This document shows, in pieces, positions 1 through 10,528 of a DNA stretch of 64,000 nt. How positions within the stretch are numbered: the first letter of the stretch is position 1; each line of letters starts with the position of its first letter. The position numbers and the translations under genes were made by a program. The notes beneath the pieces were generated by a model, which was not told where the DNA came from, did not search any database, and saw only the letters and a list, made by a program, of their open reading frames with translations. Source of the DNA: Balamuthia mandrillaris (lineage: Eukaryota); assembly GCA_031835245.2 (NCBI GenBank), contig JAVKOQ020000004.1:1-64000 (forward strand). The letters run 5' to 3'.

Positions 1-709
1 TCTCTCTCTAATAAGGTTCTTCTTTCAAAAGAAACAGAGAAGATAAGAACGAACCAATCAGGAACAACCGGTACACTGAAGCAAAAAAATCATAAGAACA
101 ATATTTTGGCAAGCGGTTGTATTTGCAAAAGAATTTTGTTTCAAGAGTAGAGGTGAGCAGGGCCATAACCCCCTGTCAAGGTTCGCAAGGCCTTGAGCTC
201 AGAAATAAATCTTCTTTTCCCTTCCTTCCGTCTGCCCTCTTGTTGATTCTAGCCCAATTGTTTTATTGGGCTCGGTACAAACAACAACAACAACAAACAG
301 AAGATAATATATCTATTCCTGCTGTCTTTGACCAACCATCACCATTAAACAATAACAATAACAACAAAGAGGTAACAATAGCAACAGCAGCAGCAGCAAT
401 AGAAGAGGATGATGAAGTAACAATTGTCTCAATATCATCATCCTCATCAGCAACATCTTTCAATCATCACTTTGCTCCCTATCAGGCTCTCAACACTCAG
501 TCATTCCTTCGCAAGCAGTTTTTGGATCATTATTTGTTAAAAACACCACCACCAGCTACTGTTGTTGCTTCTGTTTTTGTTATTGTTGTTGATAACCCTG
601 TAGAGCTCTTTTCACCTCCTCCATTTTCTGCATCACCCTTTTCATCCACTACTACCACCATTACCACCACTTCATCATTTACTCAATCACAACCATAACA
701 ATGACAACG

Positions 710-747
<38 letters not shown>

Positions 748-1332
748 CTTTAGAAAGGATGACCTCTTCTTCTTCTTGTTCTTCTTCTTCTTCTCCCCCT
801 TTTTCTCCTCCTTCTTTTTCTTCTTTTTCTTCATCTTCTTCTTCTTTTTCTCCTTCTTCTTCTTCTTCTTCTTTTTCTTTTTCTTCTTCTTCTTGTTCTT
901 CTTCTTCTTGTTTTTCTTGTTCTTCTTCTTCTTCTTCTTCTTCTTCTTCTTCTTCTTCTTCTTCTTCTTTTTCTGCTTCTTCTTCTTCAAATTCAGAGTC
1001 CTTTGTCTTTGAGAACAATGATGGTGATGTTATGGATAGTGGCAGTGATAGTAATTTATCAGCATCATCATCATCCTCATTAAGAGGAAGAAGAGGAGGA
1101 GTAGAAACAGAGGAAGATGCAACAAGCAAAACAACAACCCCACCAACATTGATAGATTTGTTGTTGTTGACAGAAGATGAAGAAAAAGATGAGGAAGAAC
1201 ACAAAGAAGATAAACTAGGAAAAAAGAGAAAAATAGAGAAACAACAAAATAGAGCTAGAACAAATGATGATAATGATGATGATACTACACATGGCAGCAG
1301 TAGTAGTAATGGTGGTGGTGATGGTGGAGGAA

Positions 1333-3694
1333 GACATCTTTCTCATGCTATCACATTGATGAACCGTTTGACAGAAGAGTGGTGGACAGAGTTGACAGCA
1401 GTGATGAGTTGATGGAGCCCTTCTACCCAACATAAACATGCCTGGACTTTGACCATCTGGGAAGCACATTGTGCACATCATAAATGTTTGCCAGCTCTTC
1501 CTTTGAATCTCCAATGTCATAATGTAGGAGCCTTTGTTCAATGGTTGATTTTGGATGTGAGTTATGCCTTGAGCTCTGTGCATGATATCATGATTGCCAG
1601 TCTTTATCATTTGCATGATGAAAGTATCCAACAATAGCTTGACTCCCTTTCTGCATCCTCCTCCTTCTCCTCTTCCTTCTCCTCCTCCTCCTCCTCCTCT
1701 GTTTCCTCCATGATCTCTTTAACTCCAGCATCATCATCACGTACCACTTCTCCTCCACCTTCTCCTTTATCCAGAACCATTCTTGGTGATGGTGTCACTC
1801 AAGTTGCAAGATCAGGCTGTTCAGGCTGGTTATCCTGAAGGATTGTTTTCCTTTCACTCCTTGCGTGCTGGCTTCCTTTGCACTGCCTTGATCTTGGAGG
1901 GACTGCAGGAAGGTCACAGTCAGAACAATGTACTGGATACTACTGCCCTTATCACAGATTGGGTATCTCGTGGTAGATCCCAGCAAGTCTACGTCAAGGA
2001 TACATTAAAACATGCTATTGTGGCCAATCGCTTGGTCAGCAATGTTACTACTCATCCTCATTCTTCTTCTTTTTCTTCTTCTTCTTCTTTGTCATCTTCA
2101 TCCTCTGTTGCAACTACCACTGCTGATTATCATCCTCCTCAACATTGCAGTTCATTACTGCTCATCTGATTTTTGTTTTTTCTTTTGTTTTTTCTTTAGC
2201 TGGGCTGGCTGCTTGACCAGCGTCAATAAACCACTACTACCACCACCATCACCACTACCACTTGATGGACTGACTTGCTCTCTTTTTGATTCTTTTCATC
2301 CTCACTCCCTTGCATGCATACAGTTATTGCTCCAGAGCTAGTTACTAAAGAGGCATTTCACAATCTATCCTCAGATGCTTTGCAACAATCCAACTGGTCT
2401 GCAGATACCAACTATCAGAGTTTTATTCATGCTGTTTGCCAACGGTTTGTTTGTGTTTGTTTGTTTGTTTTGTTTGCATAGTATTCACCACCATCACCAC
2501 TATCTATCTATCTATCTATCTATTTATCTATCCAGTCAGTCATGGCTTGTTTGTTTGCTTGCTTGCTTGTATTCAAAAATGCACCCTTAGACCTAGCGCT
2601 CAGCTAGAACACACAGGTTTATTGTGGCAGCAACAACATTCATAGTCTAAACAATAATTGTTATGATTGGTCTTGGTTTATTTGTTCTTCTTTTGACATT
2701 CACTCACACTTTGTTTTTTGTCTCTTTTCCCTTTTTCTTTCTTTTCCTCTTTCTTTCTCTCACTTTCTCTTTCTCTTTCTCTTTCTCTTTTTTTCTTTCT
2801 CTCTTTCTCTTTCTCTCTTCTTCTTTTACACTGCTTCTTTAGGTAGTTCATGAAACAAACAGATTTGCCAACCAAAGATCAACAAATACGATTTTATTGC
2901 TCCTTGTGGCTTGAATGTTGTACTGCTTGGGTAGAAAATCATCCAGATGAGTTTGATAAGGATGTGCTAGCTGAAGCTGCAGCCACCTATGAGGCCAAAA
3001 ACAATCTCCTCTTCGTTGGCCCAATATTCATCGCCAGCTGTGCCATCAACACATCTCTAGCATTCTACAAAGCTTTTTCAGTGGCTTGAATGAGCTGGTG
3101 GATGAGTTTGTAGCTCTTATACTTCCTGAGTTGGTCAATGGATCACCCATTCACAAAGCATTCCTCACCCCTCATCAAGAGCAATCATCCTCCTTCCTTG
3201 CTTCTCTCAGTGATGACGATGACAAGAGTCCTGACTCAAAAAAACAAACACCATGACAACAATGAGTTCGCAGAGCGCTTCAGCAACAACAATTGTTATC
3301 CAGTCAACTCAAATATTGGAAGAATGGCCATCAGCAACGGATCACTTGGCAGGCACCAGAAATCCGTAGACTTGTCACTTGGTGCTTGTGTGATGAATGG
3401 TCTTGGTTGGAGTTTGCCAAACACTTGCCTACCCAACATCGAACCAACAATGATTGCTATGATAAATGGCGCAATCTCCTCACAGAATTCTCCAACAATC
3501 TAGACACTTTGAAGGCCAAATACTTGGTGGCCCATGATGAGGACTTTGATAAATCAGATGATGATGATAATAACAACACTTTCTCTCCATCATCATCTCC
3601 TACTTCTACTACCACTATAGTTATATCCATCTTGGATGAAGAGGAAGAGACAGAGGAGAATGATGATGATGATATTATGATTATATCTTGTTAG
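1333..3694 (+). pseudogene. Decayed tyrosine recombinase (YR1) with downstream Myb/SANT-like domain
   Basis: In-frame pieces broken by stops. Core-binding-like segment (WSPSTQHKHAWTLTIWEAHC...VGAFVQWL...YALSSV, 1413-1637), catalytic box II FSFHSLRAGF...DWVSRGRSQQVYVK (1783-2010), and Myb-like WQAPEIRRL...W...RTNNDCYDKWRNL (3293-3500). Box I Arg not found, probably deleted near 1780. Confidence 0.65.
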
Positions 3695-3834
3695 ATTATA
3701 TAGGTATTCCTATACAAAAATTGAAAAAATTGCAACTTTGGCCCACTTTATCCATTAGACTTATAGACTTAGAGTTTTATAGAATGGACCATGGGGAGTT
3801 GAATGCTGTAGGTTCTGAGTACCCGCCCTTAACC

Positions 3835-5200
3835 CTAAGCCTCTATTTCATATTCTTCATCTTCTTTTTCCTCTTTTTCTGTTTTTTCTTCTTTTTCTTC
3901 TTTTTCTTCTTCTTTTTCTTCTTTTTCTTTTGTTGCTTCTTCTTTTGCTTCTTTTTTTTCTTTCTTATCATCTTTTTCTTTTCTGTTTTTTCTTTGTTGC
4001 TTATTTTGTAGTATTCTACTTTCTGTTTTCTTTTTTTGTCTCTTCCATTCTTGATCACTTGTTGAAGTTCGTACAGGTCGAGTGACTACCATTTGTCTTG
4101 AAGCAAAAGGACTGTTTTGGTTTTGTTGATGTGGTTGTAACAAAAGTTGAGCATGAGTTTCACTTGCTTGTTGAAAGTGTGAAGCCAAGTGCTTCATTTC
4201 TGGTGCTCCCAAGATCTTAAGTACTTCTTGTGAACGCTTGAATGTTGAGTGTCTATTGTAGTGATTTTGCATAACTCTTTTTGTGACGTTCAAATAGGTA
4301 CTTACTCCATCTTCAAAGTCCTCTTTTGATTGGCCACACAAATCCAAAGGATGTTCTTCATTGTTGATATGAGTTACAGTTGTTTGCCAAAATTGAATGG
4401 GTGTGATATGTAGAAAGGAGTTAAATGTTTTTACTTGATGATAAACCTCTTTAGCAAAGTAGTTTAATTCCATAGCATTGCCGTTATCTTCAACTCAGAT
4501 GCACAATGGATCAAAGTTGACTTGTGGATTTTGAGTAGAAGGTATCAATAACCAAGGTCGAATTTTGAGGAGGAAGAGTTGAAAGAAGGAGTGTAATTCA
4601 GTAGGAAGAGGTACTTGATCTGTTTTTCTTATCCTCTTTTCCTTGCCTACTGATGCATAAAAACTTATGGTCTTGCTTCCATCTTCATTGTTGCTTTCTT
4701 CATAGAACAATTTATCTTGATGAAGCCCTCAAACTACTTCTCTTCTAACACCTTGCATTAAGTCTGTTGTCATGTTGATGAGACAGCGTTGAGCTTGCCA
4801 TGCTGCCTTCTTCAATCCCCAGAGTTGAATATCTTCTTCTTTTTCATCATTATCCTCTTTTTCTTCTTCTTTTTTTTCTTCTTCTTCTTCTTCTGTTTCT
4901 GTTTCTTTATCTTTTTCTTTGGTTTTGTTTTTGATGGACCCAAAATATGTTTGCACAATCTTATTCCATCTTTGCAAATTCCATTCACCAAAAGCAAGAT
5001 GTTCTTGAGGTACAAAGAATTGACCAGAAGATGTCATCTCACTTTCATTGTAGATCATGGAAGTATGTGTTCGTAGTTGCATCTTTGCATCCTGAGCAGA
5101 TTCATGCAAGAATCTTTGAGCTGCATTGATAGAAAGAAGATGCTTAGACATGGTCTCAAAAGTCAACAACCAATGTAACGTCTTTGATAGATGAAGCAGA
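3835..5200 (-). pseudogene. Second, divergent tyrosine recombinase (YR2), convergent with YR1
   Basis: ORFs 4729-5169, 4495-4710 and 3835-4473 share one frame, separated by two TGA stops. Motifs in YR order: QGVRREVV (Arg), GKEKR (Lys), VPLP..L..F..F...IRP.LL, HITPIQF[W][Q] (box II equivalent), YLNV...MQNHYNR (Tyr). Confidence 0.55.
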
Positions 5201-5591
5201 TGATTAATACTTTATATATTTATAAAGTTAGTGACAGGTTAAGTGTTTTTTTTGTTATCTTTTAAGCAATACTAAAGATTCTTTATTGTTTTCTTGTTTT
5301 CATTTAAATACACTTTCTTTTGTTCACTTTTTTGTTTCCTTTTGTTAGAACCTGAGCATAGAACCAAGACAGGAACCAAGAGAAAGACTGGAGCATTTAA
5401 TGAGAAGAAGAGAACAAGTGTGTTTGTGAGTGTGTTGTTTCTTCATTTGTTCATCTGTTTGTTCTTGGTTGTGAGAAAAGTATTTATAGTTGAGAAGGCA
5501 ACCAAGGAAGGAAAGGGGCTCGGGGTTAGGGAGTGACTTCTTGGTTTCTTTGTTCTTAAGTTTTAGGCTCAGGAAAGTTCCAGAGAAGGCA

Positions 5592-5946
5592 TGTTGGAAA
5601 ACTCCAACATAATAGCCCTTCTTCTCTTCCTATCGACCTCTCCCTCATGCCTGTCGACCTGAGGAAACCTCTCGGTGTCCAACTTCTCCTTTCTTGAACT
5701 TCTCCTTTCTTGTTGTTTTCTCTCTCTGCCCTTTTATGCTGATATTCTCTGTTCTTCTTTTTTGGATATTTGTTCTAGCTTAAATACTGCCTCTCCTTGC
5801 TTCTTCTTCTTTTTCCTCTCGGGACAACTTACAACAAAACACAAGATACTTTACTATCACTTGTACTCTTCACTTTTAGTAAATTAAGTTCGGGTCTCGT
5901 ACTTACTTTGTCTCCGCCATCATTCCCGTTCTTATTTTTTACGACA
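5592..5946. mobile_element. Solo LTR (copy 1)
   Basis: TGTTG...CGACA termini, flanked by GGCA (5588-5591 and 5947-5950). Highly similar to 6506-6821. Confidence 0.8.
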
Positions 5947-6505
5947 GGCAGGAGAAAGATCTTCGGAATGGCTTGATGTTGACATAAAAGATTAATGATA
6001 GCTGATGTGAGATTGTTGACAGAAAAGAGAAAAGAAATGAAGAAAGAAATGAAGAAAGAAATGAAGAAAGAGTTGGTTATGTTGGCAGTTGCCAACACTT
6101 TGTTAAATCAAGCTTCACAAACATTTTTTAAATTTACTAGTAAAAAGTTTCTTTTTTCTCTTTTTTTTAAACAAAATGAACATCATTAAAAAACTTTTTT
6201 TTTATTTTTTATTAACATTATAAATATTTGATATTCAATAACTATGAACACAAAAATGATTAACAAAATTAATTTCAAATGTTTTTTTTTCAACAGAAAA
6301 ATAATTTCCAAAAAGATATACCCTTTTTTGTTTAAGAAGTGTTTTATATAAAATCACAAACACTTTACAAAACTTCTACTGAATAAAAAACAAAGCCTTA
6401 ACAGAAAAGAACTGGTTGCCTTCTCATTTCTCTTTTTCTCTTTCTTGAACCATTCTCTCTTCATCTCCTTTTTCCTTCTATTACAACAACTCTACCTCCA
6501 AATAC

Positions 6506-6821
6506 TGTTGGAAAACTCCAACATAGTAGCTCTTCTCTTCTTTTCTAGTGACTTCTCCTTCCTGCTGTCAACCTGAGAAACATTCCCTTTCTTGATGTTT
6601 CCATTTTCTTTGTCTTCTGTTTTATGCTTTACTCTTTTATGGATCTTTCTTCTAACTTAAATACTGCCTCTCCTTGCTTTTTCTTCTTTTTCCTCTCAGG
6701 ACAACTTACAACAAAACACAAGATACTTTACTATCACTTGTACTCTTCACTTTTAGTAAATTAAGTTCAGGTCTCATACTGACTTTGTCTCCACCATCAT
6801 TCCTGTTCTTATTTTACAACA
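6506..6821. mobile_element. Solo LTR (copy 2, same family)
   Basis: TGTTG...CAACA termini, flanked by ATAC (6502-6505 and 6822-6825). Long near-identity with copy 1, e.g. ACAACTTACAACAAAACACAAGATACTTTACTATCACTTGTACTCTTCAC. Confidence 0.8.
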
Positions 6822-7104
6822 ATACCCTTCTTACATCCACTAGGCTACCTTCCACAGAACCAGCAGCCAGCCAGTACCACACAAACCAACTTAAAGGGGA
6901 TACTAACAACAACTCCTCCCAAGAGCCTACCAGGAAAGCTTTTACATCATGATTCCTCCTCAGAGGCCCACACACAAAAGGTCAACCTTACTAGTTATAA
7001 CTAAATTTGCTAACCAAATATTGGTCCAACGGAAAAGCAATAAAACTAGTTCTTTTTAAGTCATGTAAATAGATTTGATAATTGTTTTGTGATACAGTTT
7101 GGTC

Positions 7105-9793
7105 TTATGCTGGTGTGTTGTTATTCTGGTCATTATCTCCAAGTGCAATTGAAGCAAACATGGGTGAAAAGCGATCATAAAATTGTTCCTTTGTTGTCTG
7201 CTCACAATATTGAAGGGGAAGAAGATTGGTTGTCTTTAGTTACTGTCAAAATGGAGCAAAGTAAAGAGAGCATAACGTACTATTATGGTGTGGTTATCAG
7301 CTAGGATTCCTTGGTTCAAAGTATTGATGGGTGTTGGCAAGCGGGTATTGGACAGGAAATAGAAAAAGAGCTCAAACTTCTGAGTAGGAAAAAAGTCCTG
7401 TGCTTGCTCAGTAGCCCTTTTCTCTATGTATATCTCACCTGGCATCACACCTGCACTCTTTGCCTTCTGCCAAACTATTGTGCTCTTCAACTCGTTCAGA
7501 CAAACAAAGGTCTTGCCGTTTTCCTGACCAGGAAAGGTGTAGATATTATCACTGGCAGGCCAGTTACGCCCAATCCACAAGCTGACAGATTCCTTGTATA
7601 GGTCAACAGGATTGCGCCTCTCCACCACTGGAACAGCAGCACCCACCTTCGGCAGTTGTTCTTCTTTTGAGTTGTAGGCTGTCATATAACTGAGGACGAT
7701 AGGTCTGTGCTTCAGTGTATCACTCATGAGTGCACCTGAGAACCGCTCTCCAAACGTTGTCTCTTTGATTCCAAGATCTAGCAACAGGTTGTTTTCAAAG
7801 ACCTCAAAGTCTCTTGCGAATTTTTCTAAATCCTAGGTAGAATTGGCATCAATTGGCAAAAAGTAATTAATAAAATGCAGGTGGGAGGGAAACAGAAATG
7901 TGATTGTGAGAGGAAGGGGAAAGGTCCTTACTGAAGATTTTACAACAGGCCTGTAGGTCACAAAGTTGGGATCAAACAGTATCAGCCTGTTGTTGAGTGC
8001 AGCAGCGAACGCCAGGGGCATGATCACCTGGTAAAGATGAAGTTGAGGTTGAGAAGGCTTCAGGAAGAGCAAGCCGTCTCTTTCAAGTATGTTGAGAGGG
8101 ACACCATCCACTGCTTCTGTTTTCTTGACCTCTTTCCCACTCAAGCAGAGCCTGACGAGGGTTCTGACACCATTTGGTGACAAAACATGGTTGTCTATGC
8201 TGTACATATCTCCGATGGTTTTGACGGTAGCCTTGAAAATGTCTTCATAGCTGCAAGCGGAGTTGTTCGGCTGGGAGCGGATGGCTGCAACCAGAAACTG
8301 TAACCCCCTCGCCACACCGCCCACCGTCCCGATGAGACTGTTTGGGATATCATCACGATTTAGAGCAGAGCGTACGATCTCTTGGCTGGCTTCGAGACTC
8401 AGGGGGCCAATAGGCAGGCTGCGCAAAGCGTAGTGTGTGGCTGGAAAGACACCAATATCCGCGAGTGACAGTGTGCCAGAGAACACGGGAACAACATGGA
8501 TATTCCACGCGGCCAACTTTAAGCACGTGCTCATGATACAATCAGCAATCCGGCGTATCAGTATTCGGTCTTTGTTCTTTGGGTTTGTACGGAGAAGCAC
8601 GATGTCCTCTTCGGTGATCTTCGTCTGGAACTCGTCAATGTTGAGGATGATCGTCAGTCTGTCTTTTGTGCCCACGCCGACACCAAAGCGTTGGCGCAGT
8701 GCTGAGACGACTGCAAGGAAGGTAGTGCAGCGATCGAAATTAGTGCCATCGAGGCAACCCCGGATGGCACCTACTGGGGCTCGCGGAAAAAAGCCTTTTG
8801 CAACCAACGAGAACAAGAAAGCTCTCTCAATGTTCTCGGGGTTGTTCCAATCAGAAAAGTAGTCACCGTTTGAGAAGTCGAGGTAAAATGTGTGGGCTTT
8901 GCTGGCGTCTTCAAGGCCTGCGAGCAGTGCCTCATACACTTCTTGGGCAGTGACGGAAGCCGCACGTGCCAGGAGTATCTTGCTAAGATAAGAGAGGTAG
9001 CGCGGCGCATTTTGGGTAAGCTGCGCTCTGACATGGTTGAGCATGGTGATAGAGAGCCGAGTTTTGCCCACTCCGCTGTGTAACAATAGAAATGATTTGG
9101 TGAGATGGGCTGATTTTGAACCAACAACAGCACGATGACAAAAAACATGTAACCCATCATACAGTGAAGACAGTCACCTTCCACCAGTTATGGCGATTAG
9201 CAATTTGTGCTTCTTGTGGGCCGATTGGAGAAAAAAACCCACAAAGTCATCACAGAATGCTTCGGTGAGTTGTTCCACCTCATATTCTCGATCCATGAAG
9301 TCAAATTCCATCTCGGTGATATGTTCAGGCGGTCGGGGGGCCTGGTGCGTTTGCAATATTAGAGAAGGGGAATTGCGTGAGTTGAGCCCCAAAAAAAAAA
9401 AGGCTACACGTCAATGACGCACCCCCTCAAAGTCTAAGGAAGGATTCTGTTCCGCGAGCTTCTGGAAGGTCCTCTCCACAATGAACGACGAGTCATCTTT
9501 CAACTCCTGTATCGCGTGGTAAATGACACTTCCACCCAAACTTCCAAATTCTTTTTGTAAATCATCTTTGGTAAGTTGAGACACACGCTTGCCATTCAGC
9601 TGCGCAAATGCAGGAGCGAAGCAAGCCAAGTCTTCCTGTTGTAACCACGACTGAATCTCTTGTGCAGACCATTCTTCGAGAGGCCTTGAAGCTGGGATGT
9701 GTAGGCAAGCGTAGCAACCACAATAAGCATGCTTCTAGAATGGAAGCTATGAAACACAAAAACACTTGCCTTTGACCGTAGGGCCATTGTCAT
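7105..9793 (-). CDS. Crinkler/RHS-type effector: SAM header + P-loop NTPase + PD-(D/E)xK REase-like nuclease (multi-exon)
   Basis: SAM-like LEEWSAQEIQSWLQQEDL...LNGKRVSQLTKDDL...GSVIYHAIQELK. Then FMDREYE, Walker A GG|SGVGKT joined across intron ~9082-9176, Walker B LNIDEFQ, GGVARGL, and C-terminal NWPASD...NELKST and EQFYDRFSPMFA. Confidence 0.7.
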
Positions 9794-10208
9794 TTTGACC
9801 AAAGTTTGTAGAAACATAGAACTGGCGTTGTAGATGGAGAGGGGAAAGTGTCTGCTGTCGCTGGTTGTTGACGCAGTGCACTGATCGTAAAACTAATTGA
9901 GCTGGGTCAGTGAGACAAAGGGAAGACAAAACATGGCTAATGAGTCTACCTTTGGCAGGGTAAGTTGAGAGGACACCCAACGACCTGGAGAAAGTGGCGC
10001 GCGGTGATGCCAAAGAGCAGCAAGGTGCGGTAAAAGAAGCGAGGGACAAAAGACGTGGGTATTGCATTTGCCCAGATCCTGTTCTCTGCGAAAAAGCTTT
10101 GGTCCATGCTTGAGGGTTACTTTGACTGGAAAAAAAAAAAGCCCATGAGCTCTCGACACTGTTTGCGCAAGACTTGATCTCCTCCTCCTGATCGCAGGGG
10201 ACGGCTGT

Positions 10209-10528
10209 CACCGTATCGTGGAGGACTGCCGCTTACTGTATCGCAGAGGACTGCTGCCTAGAGGACTGCTGCCCACCAAATGCGGAGGCCTGCTACCGTA
10301 TCGCGGAGGACGGCTGCCCACAGGACTGCTGCTCACCCATATTGCAGAGGACTGCCGCCACCACCGTATCGTAGAGGACTGCTGCTCACCATATCGCAGA
10401 GGACTGCCGTCTACCATATCGCAAAGCTGCTGCTCTCTGTATCGCGGAGGACTGCTGCCCACCATATTGCAGAGGACTGCTGCTTACTGTATCGAGTCCT
10501 CCGTATTGGCTGCCCATTGTATCGCGGA
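10209..10528. repeat. ~25-bp GC-rich minisatellite, roughly 12 imperfect units
   Basis: Consensus approximately CACCRTATCGCRGAGGACTGCTGCY, repeated head-to-tail with some truncated units. An inverted core copy (AGTCCTCCG) lies at ~10495-10503. Confidence 0.9.

Noticed and set aside
679..1204. Poly-K/F/E/S ORFs here and at 20382-21652, 23057-23859, 37615-38181 and 58224-59147
   Set aside because: These are translation artefacts of (GAA)n/(GA)n microsatellites, mostly intronic.
5592..6821. One TRIM/LTR element bounded by the two repeats
   Set aside because: Each repeat has its own distinct TSD, and the outer flanks (GGCA versus ATAC) do not match.
10209..10528. CRISPR array next to a Cas12-like nuclease
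   Set aside because: Units are contiguous imperfect tandem copies with no unique spacers, so this is a minisatellite.
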